Source of the DNA: Octopus vulgaris
Taxonomy: Eukaryota
Length of the DNA stretch: 64,000 nt
NCBI GenBank assembly: GCA_951406725.2
Contig: OX597828.1
Location: forward strand, 11,098,001-11,162,000
Direction: 5' to 3'
The notes beneath the pieces were generated by a model. The model did no database searches. It was not told the origin of the DNA and was given only the letters and a program-made list of their open reading frames with translations. Made by a program: the position numbers and the translations under genes. This document shows positions 53,631 through 64,000 of this stretch, in pieces; positions within the stretch are counted from its first letter, which is position 1; each line of letters opens with the position of its first letter.

Positions 53631-54446
53631 TCACCTACTTTTCCCATCTGAGCCAAATAACATAAACTTAGATTCATCACTGAAATGCACCGTTTGCCAT
53701 TTTTCTTGAGACCACAACACATGTTCGGTTGCAAAGGTAAGACGACACTTTTTATTTTTGGAGCTGATCAGTGGCTTCACTGCTGGTGATCTTGCTTGTA
53801 GGTTATGTTCAGCTAAACGAAGAGACAAGTTTTTCGAGATAACGTTTTCTTCAGTACAATGCTCATTTCGCGAGAAACAGCAGCAGCAGTTTTAAATCTG
53901 TCCTTTTTAACCAACTTTACCATAGCACGATCTTCTCTCTTGGTCGTTTTTCTTGGTCTATCTGTAGATTTTCTTGCTTCACACGAACCACAATCATCGA
54001 AGACCTTAAGAATAGCGTGTACAACACTTTTTGACTTGTTAACAATCTTTGCAATAGACCCAATACTTAAATTATCCTTCTTTCGAAGCTTAATAATATG
54101 CTGACGAATTGATAACGGAGTAAGTGGCATTATATTAACAAAGTACACTGCAGATATTCTTACTAATGTTTAGTAAACGAACCGTCACGTAAACAAATTC
54201 AAAACATTAGAGTTCGCCGGTTAAATATACTAAAACATTTTGGCCGCCATGGGTTTTGCAGTAAATCACTAAATCATCCATAACTTTTGTATTATCCTCT
54301 CAAATTACATCAAAATCTCAGACAATAACAATTACTATTGTATTTATTGTCTGTGAAAATTATAGAATATAAAACAACTTTGATAAAAAATTATATCTAC
54401 TTTTCTGGCGAAAACAATGCCGATCTGAACATTTTGGCCGCAACTG
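53631..54446 (-). mobile_element. Tc1-like transposon, left arm plus N-terminal half of the transposase
   Basis: TA-cagttgcggccaaaatgttcag terminus with an inner direct repeat at ~54232-54248 (IR/DR type). HTH IAKIVNKSKSVVHAIL, DRPRKTT, KPLISSKNKKCRL and WQTVHFSDESKF are present; the element is truncated after the first catalytic Asp. Confidence 0.92.
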
Positions 54447-54450
54447 TATA

Positions 54451-54680
54451 TACTCTTTTACTCTTTTACTTGTTTCAGTCATTTGACTGCGGCCATGCTG
54501 GAGCATCGCCTTTAGTCGAGCAAATCGTCCCTGAGACTTATTCTTTGTAAGCATAGTACTTATTCTATCGGTCTATTTTGCCGAACCGCTAAGGTACGGG
54601 GACGTAAATACACCAGCATCGGATGTCAAGCGATGTTGGGGAGACAAACATATATACACACAAACAAATATATACACACG

Positions 54681-54739
<59 letters not shown>

Positions 54740-54899
54740 GACGGGCTTCTTTCAGTTTCCGTCTACCAAATCCACTCACAAGGCTTAGGTCGGCCCGAGG
54801 CTATAGTAGAAAACACTTGCCCAAGGTGCAACGCAGTGGGACTGAACCTGGATCCATGTAGTTGGTAAGCAATCTACTTACACAGCCACTCCTGCGCCT
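54451..54899 (-). mobile_element. SINE family A, full length
   Basis: Reverse complement of the 5272/43820 type, with caccttgggcaagtg (CORE-like), internal (TA)n and a (gtaaaaga)n tail. Confidence 0.92.
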
Positions 54900-55319
54900 A
54901 TAAACTTACCACACAGCCACTCCACAAATATATAGGTGTGTGCGTCTGTGTGCGTGTGTGTGTGTGTGTGTGAGTGATTGTGTGTGTGTGTGCGCGCGCG
55001 CGTGTGTGTATGTGTGAGTGTGTGTGTGTGTGTATGTGTGTATTCATGCATATATATATTTAGGGCTATACTTTCAAAGATCATTATTCACAGTTTCTCA
55101 ACTACTATCGTGTACATATATGCGTATCGCACATTTTTACACACACATACAGACACAGACACAGGCACACATACATACACACACACACTCACACACACGC
55201 ATAAATACATAAGCATTGATTTTTATTCAGTAATTTGATGAATGCAGGTGATGCTAATACACTTTATCCTTCATTACGGCAATCTTGACGATGCATCATG
55301 AATATAAATTATTGTTGAA

Positions 55320-55522
55320 TATTGGTTTCAAATTTTGACAAAGCCAGTGATATCGAGGACGAGGCAAGTTGAATACATCGATCCCAGTTCTGAATTGCTA
55401 CTTATTATTTTATCGAACCCGAAAGAATGAAAGCCAAAGTCGACATCGGTAGCATTTGAACTTAGAACATAAAGACGGGCGAAATGCCGCTAAATACTTT
55501 GTCCGGCGTGCTAACAATCCGG
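55320..55522 (-). mobile_element. Diverged family-B SINE (tail 2)
   Basis: attggtttcaaatttt...gaaagaatgaaagccaaagtcgac...gaaatgccgctaaatactttgtccggcgtgctaac. Confidence 0.8.
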
Positions 55523-55575
55523 CATGCACACGCACACACACACACACACACATACACACACACACACACATACAT

Positions 55576-55631
<56 letters not shown>

Positions 55632-55680
55632 ATATATACAAGGAGCTTCTTTCAGTTTCCGTATATATCTACATATATAT

Positions 55681-55711
<31 letters not shown>

Positions 55712-55740
55712 CACTTTATTTAAAAGCACCAGAAATTCAA

Positions 55741-55789
55741 CAAAACCTGTTACTCGGAGTTTCACGTTCCCGTTCGTCGGACAGTTTTG
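55741..55789 (-). ncRNA. Minimal type I hammerhead ribozyme motif (core variant CCGACGA)
   Basis: Minus strand: caaaactgt-CCGACGA-acg ggaa cgt-GAAA-ctc c gag-TA-acaggttttg. All three stems pair, stem II has a GNRA loop, and the GUA triplet predicts a cut between 55751 and 55750. Confidence 0.75.
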
Positions 55790-56214
55790 CATAAATGTTT
55801 ACTCCGGTATATATATATATATATATATTGCCAAATCGCTACCTTATCCTTGTCTATTATATAGGTTTCAAACTTTAGCACAAGGCAGGCAAGAACGAGA
55901 GAATGGTTTAGTCAATCACATCGGCCGCCACGGTTGCATGGTATCCGCTTAATATCGCGAGTTTAAATCTCGTGAAGATCAACTGTCTTTCATGCATCAG
56001 CTACCGATAAATTATAGAAGCAATAAAATTCTGGTTCCATGGTGTCGATTCTTCCAAATTGCCGGCTATGTGCCTAAGGAAGGAACATTTGCGCAATAGC
56101 ATCGATAAAACAGATCGATCGATTATTGTACCAGTTAAGTACTGAGGTAAAAAAAAAAGGAATCGACTACACTTCTTCCCTAAGAATGGCTGGCTTTGTG
56201 TCTTTATTCGGAAT

Positions 56215-56243
56215 TATTATTATCATTATAATTATTATTATTA

Positions 56244-56292
<49 letters not shown>

Positions 56293-56335
56293 GATTATTA
56301 TCATCATCATCATTGACTGTGGTGGTGGGGTCGTT

Positions 56336-56411
<76 letters not shown>

Positions 56412-56428
56412 GTGGTGGTGGTGGGGGT
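56215..56428. repeat. (ATT)n, (GTA)n and (GGT)n microsatellites
   Basis: Directly visible. Confidence 0.96.
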
Positions 56429-57177
56429 GAGTGTTGTTTGGATGAGAAGTAGTAGGAGGGGTGACGAAGAGTTATTGGAGATGAAGGAAATTATTCGTCT
56501 TATTTCTACGCGTTTTTGTTGTATATCCGACATGCAGATCAATGCGCCGTTGAGTTCTTTTAACGTCGTTTTTTGTTTTGTTTTGTTTTGGTTTTTTTTG
56601 TAACAGTAGATTTAGTGTTGTACTTAATATACATATAGTGGTGCAAAATCTCTATTTTGTTTTAGGCATGTTGTGTACATATATCTGTTAATACTGAAAT
56701 ATCTCTTTTACATTTGTCCATGCCGTCATATATTTTGTAATGCCTGGGGTGTATATACGTGTGTAAGATTGTATGTATATAAGTGTGTGAGTGTGAGTGT
56801 ATGAGTGTGTGCGTGTATGCATATACATTTGTGTATATGGATTTATTCAGTAATTTTTTCCTGCTCCGACATTATAGATACATCCATTTTCAAGTCTTAT
56901 ATATATTTATATAAATTTTCTATGCTTTTATTGGAGCTATATTGTCTCTTAGTGTGATTGATATACACAACAGATGATTTTTTTTACCCGAATCCCCATG
57001 AAAATGATATTTGAGCAACATGTTTTTACTTCTGTTCCATGTACCATACACAATATTTTAGACATCAACGATTTTTTCGATACTTTTACAGTGTATGCTT
57101 GGAAATGCATTCGCCCTATTACGATACTGTAAGCTCTTACCTTGTTATTTTTCCGTAGACTTTATTACTATTATGAT

Positions 57178-57722
57178 TGAGTGAGAGAGCAGTTCATGCA
57201 ATCAAAGTGACACTGGGGTAAAATATACGAAGCCCAGTATACCCATCATGACTACCCGTTTGATAAACGTACACATGGCACATGCATCACAGCCATATGT
57301 GCGCGACATGGTGATCTCATATCAAGATAAACAGCGCATGACCTTGCATATGGGCCCCAGTTAGAATTTTTATCTGGTCGAGTAGCCCATCAAAAGGTCC
57401 CTGAATAAGGATAGTTTAAGAATGTTGAACGAACCATCCCTGTTTCCAGAGGTGAATTATCCAAACCTCTAAAAATTCCTTTCAACACACGGCTATGATG
57501 CTCCCCCACTACTTCTGCTCGTGATCAGAAATGCACATATCGTCAGCCACTAAGGGACATGCTCAACTGGTTAAGGTCAAACAACTGACAAGCAAATCTG
57601 TGGTATTGAGCAGAATATTTGCTGTATATTTTATACCAAGACATAACAATGTACATGATAACACTTCCAATCAGCTAAGATCAGAAGCCACGAGAGCCAG
57701 TGCCTGGCACTGCATCAGGGCA

Positions 57723-57723
<1 letters not shown>
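57178..57723. mobile_element. Probable non-coding interspersed element bounded by (TTA)n
   Basis: A ~545-bp complex segment with sharp edges against ttattactattatga on the left and (tta)n on the right. It has no ORF of note and no A/B boxes were seen. Repeat status is inferred. Confidence 0.5.
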
Positions 57724-57783
<60 letters not shown>

Positions 57784-57791
57784 TTCATTAA

Positions 57792-58215
57792 GAAAGCGAG
57801 CTGGCAGAATCCTTAGAATGCAGGTTAAAATGCTTAGCGTCATTTTGTCCGTCTTTACTTTCTGGATTCAAATTCCACCGAGTCCGACTTTGCCTTTCAT
57901 CCTTTCGCCATCGATAAAATAACAAGTTGAGAACTGGGATCGATCTAAACGACTTACTCCGACCCCAAAATTTCTGGCCTTGTGCCAAAAACAAAATTAA
58001 GTGCACTGGCAGAATCACTAGCACACCGGGCAAAATGTTAAACGGCATTTCGTCTGTCTGCACGTTCTGAGTTCAAATTCCGTCGAAGTCGACTTTGTTT
58101 TTCATCCTTGCGTGGTCGATTAAATAAGTACCAGTTACGCACTGAGGTCGATGTAATCGACTTAATCCCTTCCCCCAATTTTGAAGCCTTATGCTTCCAG
58201 TAGAAAGGACTGTCG
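57792..58215 (+). mobile_element. Two tandem family-B SINEs (tail 2), ending in (TTA)n
   Basis: gcgagctggcagaatc... and ctggcagaatcactagcacaccgggc..., each with the gactttg..tttcatcctt body. Confidence 0.85.
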
Positions 58216-58261
58216 TTATTATCATTATTATTATTATTATTATTATTATATTATTATTATA

Positions 58262-58745
58262 GAAAAGATATTTCATGCTAATTTATTTAACTTTTACAGG
58301 TATAGTACTGAGTTTTGCTTATGGCATGTCTTCTCAAAACTTAAGGGCTTTTAGGAGGATTTTTGCTGAATATTGAATGGTACTTTTCTTCAGGTCGACA
58401 ATACTTGTCTCAATTCTTTTTAGGCAGAGTTTTGGGTACTTATCCCTGTACACACCCATTTAGCACAAGAACTATTGTCCATGGCGAGATATAAGGGCTG
58501 CTTAAGAATCCCTTTGTCGATCTGACTAGATTCTGATATTTCTCACTTTTCTGTTATCCACTTCTCTGTCGTATAAGATTGTCAAGCACAAGGGTTTTAT
58601 AGTGTTAGTTCTTTCTGTCCCCTACGATCGTATCTGGTCTCCTTGCTTCACCAGCATGATCAGTTTCCATGCAGAAATCCCATAAAAATCTTCTAATATT
58701 GATTCATAATGATAGCTTCTGTTCCATGGTCAAACCGATTGTTAT
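58262..58745 (-). mobile_element. Decayed R4/Dong-like RLE retrotransposon 3' fragment
   Basis: Hand translation: LWDFCMETDHAGEARRPD (cf. ILWDF.IQTD..I.ARRPD), EKYQNL and ETSIVDLKKSTIQYSAKILLKAL*. The 3' end runs into (TAA)n. Confidence 0.8.
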
Positions 58746-59459
58746 CGTCAGAACCAACATCACCACCACTACCATCATTATCATCATCATCACCATCATC
58801 ATCGTCATCGTCGTCATTGCTACTGTGATTTTATGCTAAAATGAGCAGGCGTCTATGTCAGATCTCCGAATAAAATCGTTTTTAACAGGATTATCAAATG
58901 AAAATGGAAGCTTTTTTGTTTAATGTTAGTAAAATTTTTATTGTATTCTATCAGTTCATTTCTTTTCCAGAATTTACCTCATTATCTGCGGTAGATGAAA
59001 GGTTCGCCTTCAGATATTTTTAATTGTTTATAAAACTTTGGCAAACAACCACTTCTAATATTCATACGTGTTGCATGATTGCCATTTCAGAAGTAGCATG
59101 GTATGGTGCTTGTTGCACCGGTGCTAGCAAAATCCTCAATCCTAAATCAGTTAATATGCTCCCAATAATTACAAGCATGAGCTCCAATATTATACAGAAT
59201 ATACAAAAAAAGCAACAGACTATGAAATAACCATTTACACCAAAAGAACTCTTTAAGCTTTAACAAAATTGTACAATGAAGAACACAAAAATGAATGTTA
59301 TTTAAAACCTCCTTACTCAGTTTCAGATTTGTACACAAAAAGAATTCAGGAATGCATAAAACAGCATAGACACAATGCATCATAGACACAAAAAAGGGAA
59401 AGTAGAGAAAAGCCTATTTCATAAACCCCAGGAAGTAAATTTTTGGTCAAGAGTTCAAA

Positions 59460-59666
59460 CTGTGTGCAGATAATTCGTCGGCAAACAATTCGCTGACAGA
59501 AAATTCGCCTCAGGTTCAACACAGAGGCCTACGTCAAGTGCCTGGAGGAGGGTGGCTGCTGGAACACCCTATGTCTAGCAACAGAACTCTGCACCATACC
59601 ACACAATTTCCCTGTCTGTAAGTTGTCTGTTGGCCACCTGTCTGTCGACGAATTGTCCATCAACCG
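59460..59666. mobile_element. MITE-like element with inverted arrays of ~15-bp subrepeats
   Basis: Left gataattcgtcggca/aacaattcgctgaca/gaaaattcgcc; right, reverse-complemented, gacaattcgtcgaca/gacaggtggccaaca/gacaacttacagaca. The flanks are ttcaaa and atcaaa. Confidence 0.55.
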
Positions 59667-60167
59667 ATCAAACATCTGCATGATTTTTGAGAGAAACATA
59701 TTCATAAACATTTTTGAAAACGAGCGGTTAGAAATACGTGATTTTACTTAAAGTTAATGAATATCTATATTCATTAAATAAATTTTAATGAAGTGTTTAT
59801 ACATATTTATTCATAACAATGCTATATTGATACTGCAGTAATATCTACCCGAAAAGTTTATAAGCTTGCGCAATATAGATTATGTTAGATACTATTTTGC
59901 TTACATTTTCCAAAAGTAGCTCTGGGCTACTTTCTTTCTGTAGCTAGTAAGACCGGGGTGAGCGAAGACTGACGAGTTTTTAATCGAAATCAGTCGATTT
60001 GATTCTCGCCCCATTTAGCTGAAAGCTATATAGGGTGGCTAAATATGTATTTTTGAAATGTGTGGATATAAGGCCTCCTATATATTTATATGCGTTTCAC
60101 TATTATTTCTTTCCATTTTTAAAAATAAAAACAAGATATTCGAGGTAGCTTTCTTATATTTAATATA

Positions 60168-60171
60168 GATG

Positions 60172-60248
<77 letters not shown>

Positions 60249-60400
60249 GAAGGTAAATAGGTAGGTAGGTAGGTAGGTAGGTAGGTAGGTAGGTAGGTAG
60301 GTAGGTGGATAGGTGGGTAGGTGGGTAGGTAAGTAGGTAGGTAGGTAGGTGGATAGGTGGGTAGGTAGGTAGGTAGGTAGTTTGGTAAATAGGTAAGTTG
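60168..60400. repeat. (GATA)n grading into (GGTA)n
   Basis: Directly visible. Confidence 0.96.
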
Positions 60401-60585
60401 GTAGTCAGAAAGCCAGACGGAGGCTTGTATGATTGTACATATATGTAAATATATATATATATATATATTTATAAGTATGTATATATGCGTGTATATACAT
60501 TTATGTATGTGTATACATATACACATATATTTATATACATATATGTGTGTGTATGTATATACGTATATATATATAAATATATATG

Positions 60586-60638
<53 letters not shown>

Positions 60639-61292
60639 AACTCAACATATAATCAAGAATTCTTGATGTTCCTTGATTCCTTGCTTTTCTACGATATGTA
60701 TTTATGTAGCTAATTGTAAATGCATATGTTCATACAGGAGCATTTTATGCTAATATTTTATATACACGATACGTCATTTCAGATTTCAGTGATATTGTGT
60801 TTACATATAAATGTAAGATAAACGTTATGTATAGAACAATAGAACAATTGATGCAGTTCTGATGTCTTGTCTGGTCTCTGTAAAACCGTTCTTGAACGTT
60901 CGGATCATATGTATCGTAATATCATATAGACATTTGTTGTGTGTATTTGTGTGCGAGTAGTTGTGAGTGCAAGTGTGAGGAGCTGGGGAAAGTGCAGCTG
61001 CATTCATAACTATATGTGTGTGTGTGTGTGTGTGTGTGAATATATGTATATATGTGCGCAGCTTTATACTTGTACATGTATATATACGTAACTATATTTT
61101 TCTAAACATATATTCATATATATATATATACATACACACACACAGTTGTACACACACACAGTTGTACACACACACACAGACACAAACACACACATATATA
61201 TATGGATAAATGTTTATATATATATATACATATACATATACTCATTCATAAATATGCATGCATAAATACATACACACATGCACACATACACG

Positions 61293-61366
<74 letters not shown>

Positions 61367-63636
61367 CCCAATGTCCATTTGTGTGTGAGTGGCTTTGTCT
61401 TGAGGCGCCAGTTGTTGTGTTCCACAAATATTGGATCTAAAGCACATCTCTTATAGAAACATGATGAGACACTGAGAAGGTAAGAGATCAGAGGTTATCT
61501 TCAATGAACAACCAAGATTTTGAGTTGAGATCATCTACTCGACTGTCTTACCGCCAAAGTCACAATTTACTGTAGCTGCCATTTTGTCTGTTGGATGGGT
61601 TACCGGAAATGCGTATTGCATTCGATATTGGAGATCCTTTTCCTCATGCATGTTTTAGCTCTGTGCTATTGTTTTTTTTTTCTTGTGTTTTCTATTTTTT
61701 GTCTATTTTCGCGTTCGTTATTGATACTGCTATTTTATTTTATTTTGTGATTGTTTTTCATTTCTGTGAAAACCAAAGTTAGTCAATTTAGAAATGTTGA
61801 TTCCATTTCCTTCTGTGAGATAACTCCCTTTTTTTTCGCCTTTAAAGTTTATATTTAGTTTTATAATATTTTTCTTTCTGTTCAACGATAGCTACAGAGT
61901 AGAGAAAATAAAATCACATACACACACACACACAATGAGGCGCGTATAGTCACATACACGAATACAGGTGCATGCAACAATACTTACATATAAACTGTTA
62001 CACATATTCACGTGCATACATATAAATATAAAATATATATTTGAAAACAAAAACATGCAACACCTCAGCGAAACACTAACACAAACACATACATACGTTT
62101 TGTGTAGATACGCATGAGTATTTAGATCCATATATACAAAGGTATGCGCATACATGGACATACGTATGTGCACAAACACGCGTGCACAATCACATACGTT
62201 CACATGAACACACGTTCATATATGAGTATGTATGCATGTTTATATGTACTTGTGTGAGTGTGTGCTTGTGCGGGCGGGTTTATGTGAGGCCATGAAGACG
62301 TTTTACATGTTTTGCAAAGTGATTGGATATGAAATTAAAACAAAATAGTTTTATCCTCTTGGATTCATGGCATTCATTGTTTTAAACAAAGCAACGCACA
62401 CATGCACACTCTTTCTCTAACTTCTATCTCTCCTCTCTCTCTCTCTCTCTCTCTATCTCTATCTCTCTCGCACACACACACACACATGCACACACAGAGA
62501 AGCAAACATATGTATACCAAACACGTACGTACCGTTAAATTAACCTGGGTCTTATTTTGTAATAGTATATACTATGGTATTAAGTGTCACAACATTTACT
62601 TTGTAATAGTATACGATATGCTATTAAATGTCGCGTCATTTTGTTCTACGTCTATGACCAGGTCACTGACACTCTTTTCCATTTCTAGAGATACAAGAGA
62701 GAAACAGCCTTCAAAAATAAATGGAATGAAACAAAAATAATAGAAGATATATAAGTATAAACCTAACTTAGAGTAAAGGAGGAAAGAGATGAACTCACGA
62801 ACTGTTTTACTTTCTTTACGGTTTCATTATTATTCTCCATCTCTTCCGAACATAATTTGAGCTTTACAAAATATAATTGCAGATTAGCTGGTTAACGGAG
62901 AGCAGCGTACATATTCAAGATTTGATAAATAGAGTGGATAAATACTAGGTCTAGTAAATACACATATGGAATATATCAAGGCTAAGAAGAGTAAAAGTGG
63001 TTGTAAATATGGCGCCGAATTAATATTTCTAAAATGGATCTGGAAGCGGTAACAAGAACAGATGACGTAAGGTGGGACACGAAATCAAGAAAATTCCATA
63101 CAGTAAAATATATACGAGGTATATAAATATATGTATGGATTATGCAGAGGCTGAGAACGGTAAAAATTATGTGCAATTATGCTGACGAAACTATTTTCTT
63201 GAGTGAAATGGATCTGGAAACGGAAACTAAAAGGTAAATACAATAACTACCAATGTACAGGAAACAGAATATGGACGAATGGTATAATGCATTTTTATAC
63301 ATTACTACTTATTGCTTTTTCCATATAACCATATGTTCTGTTCATTGGCGAACAGCATTCCTTCTCGTATAATATTCAAGATTTTGAAAACATTTCTATG
63401 CAGTTTGTGATACGATATATTCTACAATAGCTGTAGATTTATATTTATCTGATAAAAAATCTTTAGTTTTTTCTTTACTTTTATGACACAGAATTTAAAT
63501 TTTATGTAAATATTTTTGTATCTATAAAATCAAGACGTATCATTAAAATACATGTCTGACTTATTTTATTCCAATTATCTATTCACAAATATTAATTCGA
63601 ACTGGCGTGTTTCTCGTCTTTTTTTTCTCCCCGTGA

Positions 63637-63830
63637 GGTTGTAAAATAACTACAGTAAAAGCAACAGGAGGTGGCGCACGAAGTTTCATCGCAGCGTCGA
63701 CGTACCAACTACTTAGTCAGCTCGGAATCAAGTCAAAAGAAAAACGAAAATGAACTATTTGTAAGAGATAGCTGAGAAAAGCTCAATGCATTAATGAACA
63801 AAAAGGAATGGTAGATGGAACTGAAAAGAT
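63637..63830 (+). mobile_element. Decayed C-terminus of a HERO-like RLE retrotransposon
   Basis: TVKATGGGARSFIAASTYQLLSQLGIKSKEKRK* then EIAEKSS...KRN resembles EVG(A/C)RGF..ST..LL..LGI...E.AEK.S.W.W.KR. It is absent from the ORF track. Confidence 0.6.
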
Positions 63831-64000
63831 ATACAACAGCGTCACTAAAAATGTAAGAAGAATATAACCCAGTTTGAGACAATGCAACTTCATGCGGTGG
63901 CCTGTGTGGCCGAGCAATAACCTCTTCCAAAAGTTCCGAGTTCAATCTCAATTGAAGGTGGCATTTAAGTAACAGCAGGAGTCAATACCAAAGTGGACCC

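Noticed and set aside
57660-57723. HDV-like or hammerhead ribozyme at the end of the TAA-bounded element (minus strand gccctgatgcag...)
   Set aside because: CUGAUGC is not a hammerhead core, and no P1 partner for an HDV fold was found.
59962-60000. CTGACGA...GAAA..TC hammerhead-like core
   Set aside because: Stem I does not pair and stem II is poor; at best an unrecognisably decayed relic.
63031-63230. Repeated aaatggatctggaa.cgg.aac motif as a regulatory or coding signal
   Set aside because: Only two short copies and short ORFs; no supportable function.

Overview
AT-rich eukaryotic DNA dense in microsatellites, with no recognisable host protein-coding exon. It reads as intronic or intergenic. 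The SINE repertoire and repeat density suggest an octopus (coleoid cephalopod) genome; this is an inference. Nearly all ORFs in the track are microsatellite artefacts. The supportable content is mobile DNA: a 4.5-kb L1/Tx1-type LINE lacking its RT core and sitting inside a (GATA)n tract, RTE fragments, R4/Dong- and HERO-like remnants, mariner, maT (DD37D) and Tc1 relics, small MITEs, decayed Penelope-like pieces and at least four tRNA-derived SINE types. The most interesting signals are three. (1) A SINE has a 3' tail matching the 3' end of the Tx1-like LINE and builds head-to-tail arrays that restart at recurring sites in its own head. (2) A near-canonical minimal hammerhead ribozyme lies in a ~95-bp element between (TA)n tracts, and further decayed hammerheads occur elsewhere. 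(3) Several different retroelement remnants abut different microsatellite motifs. All calls were made by eye, with no database search.
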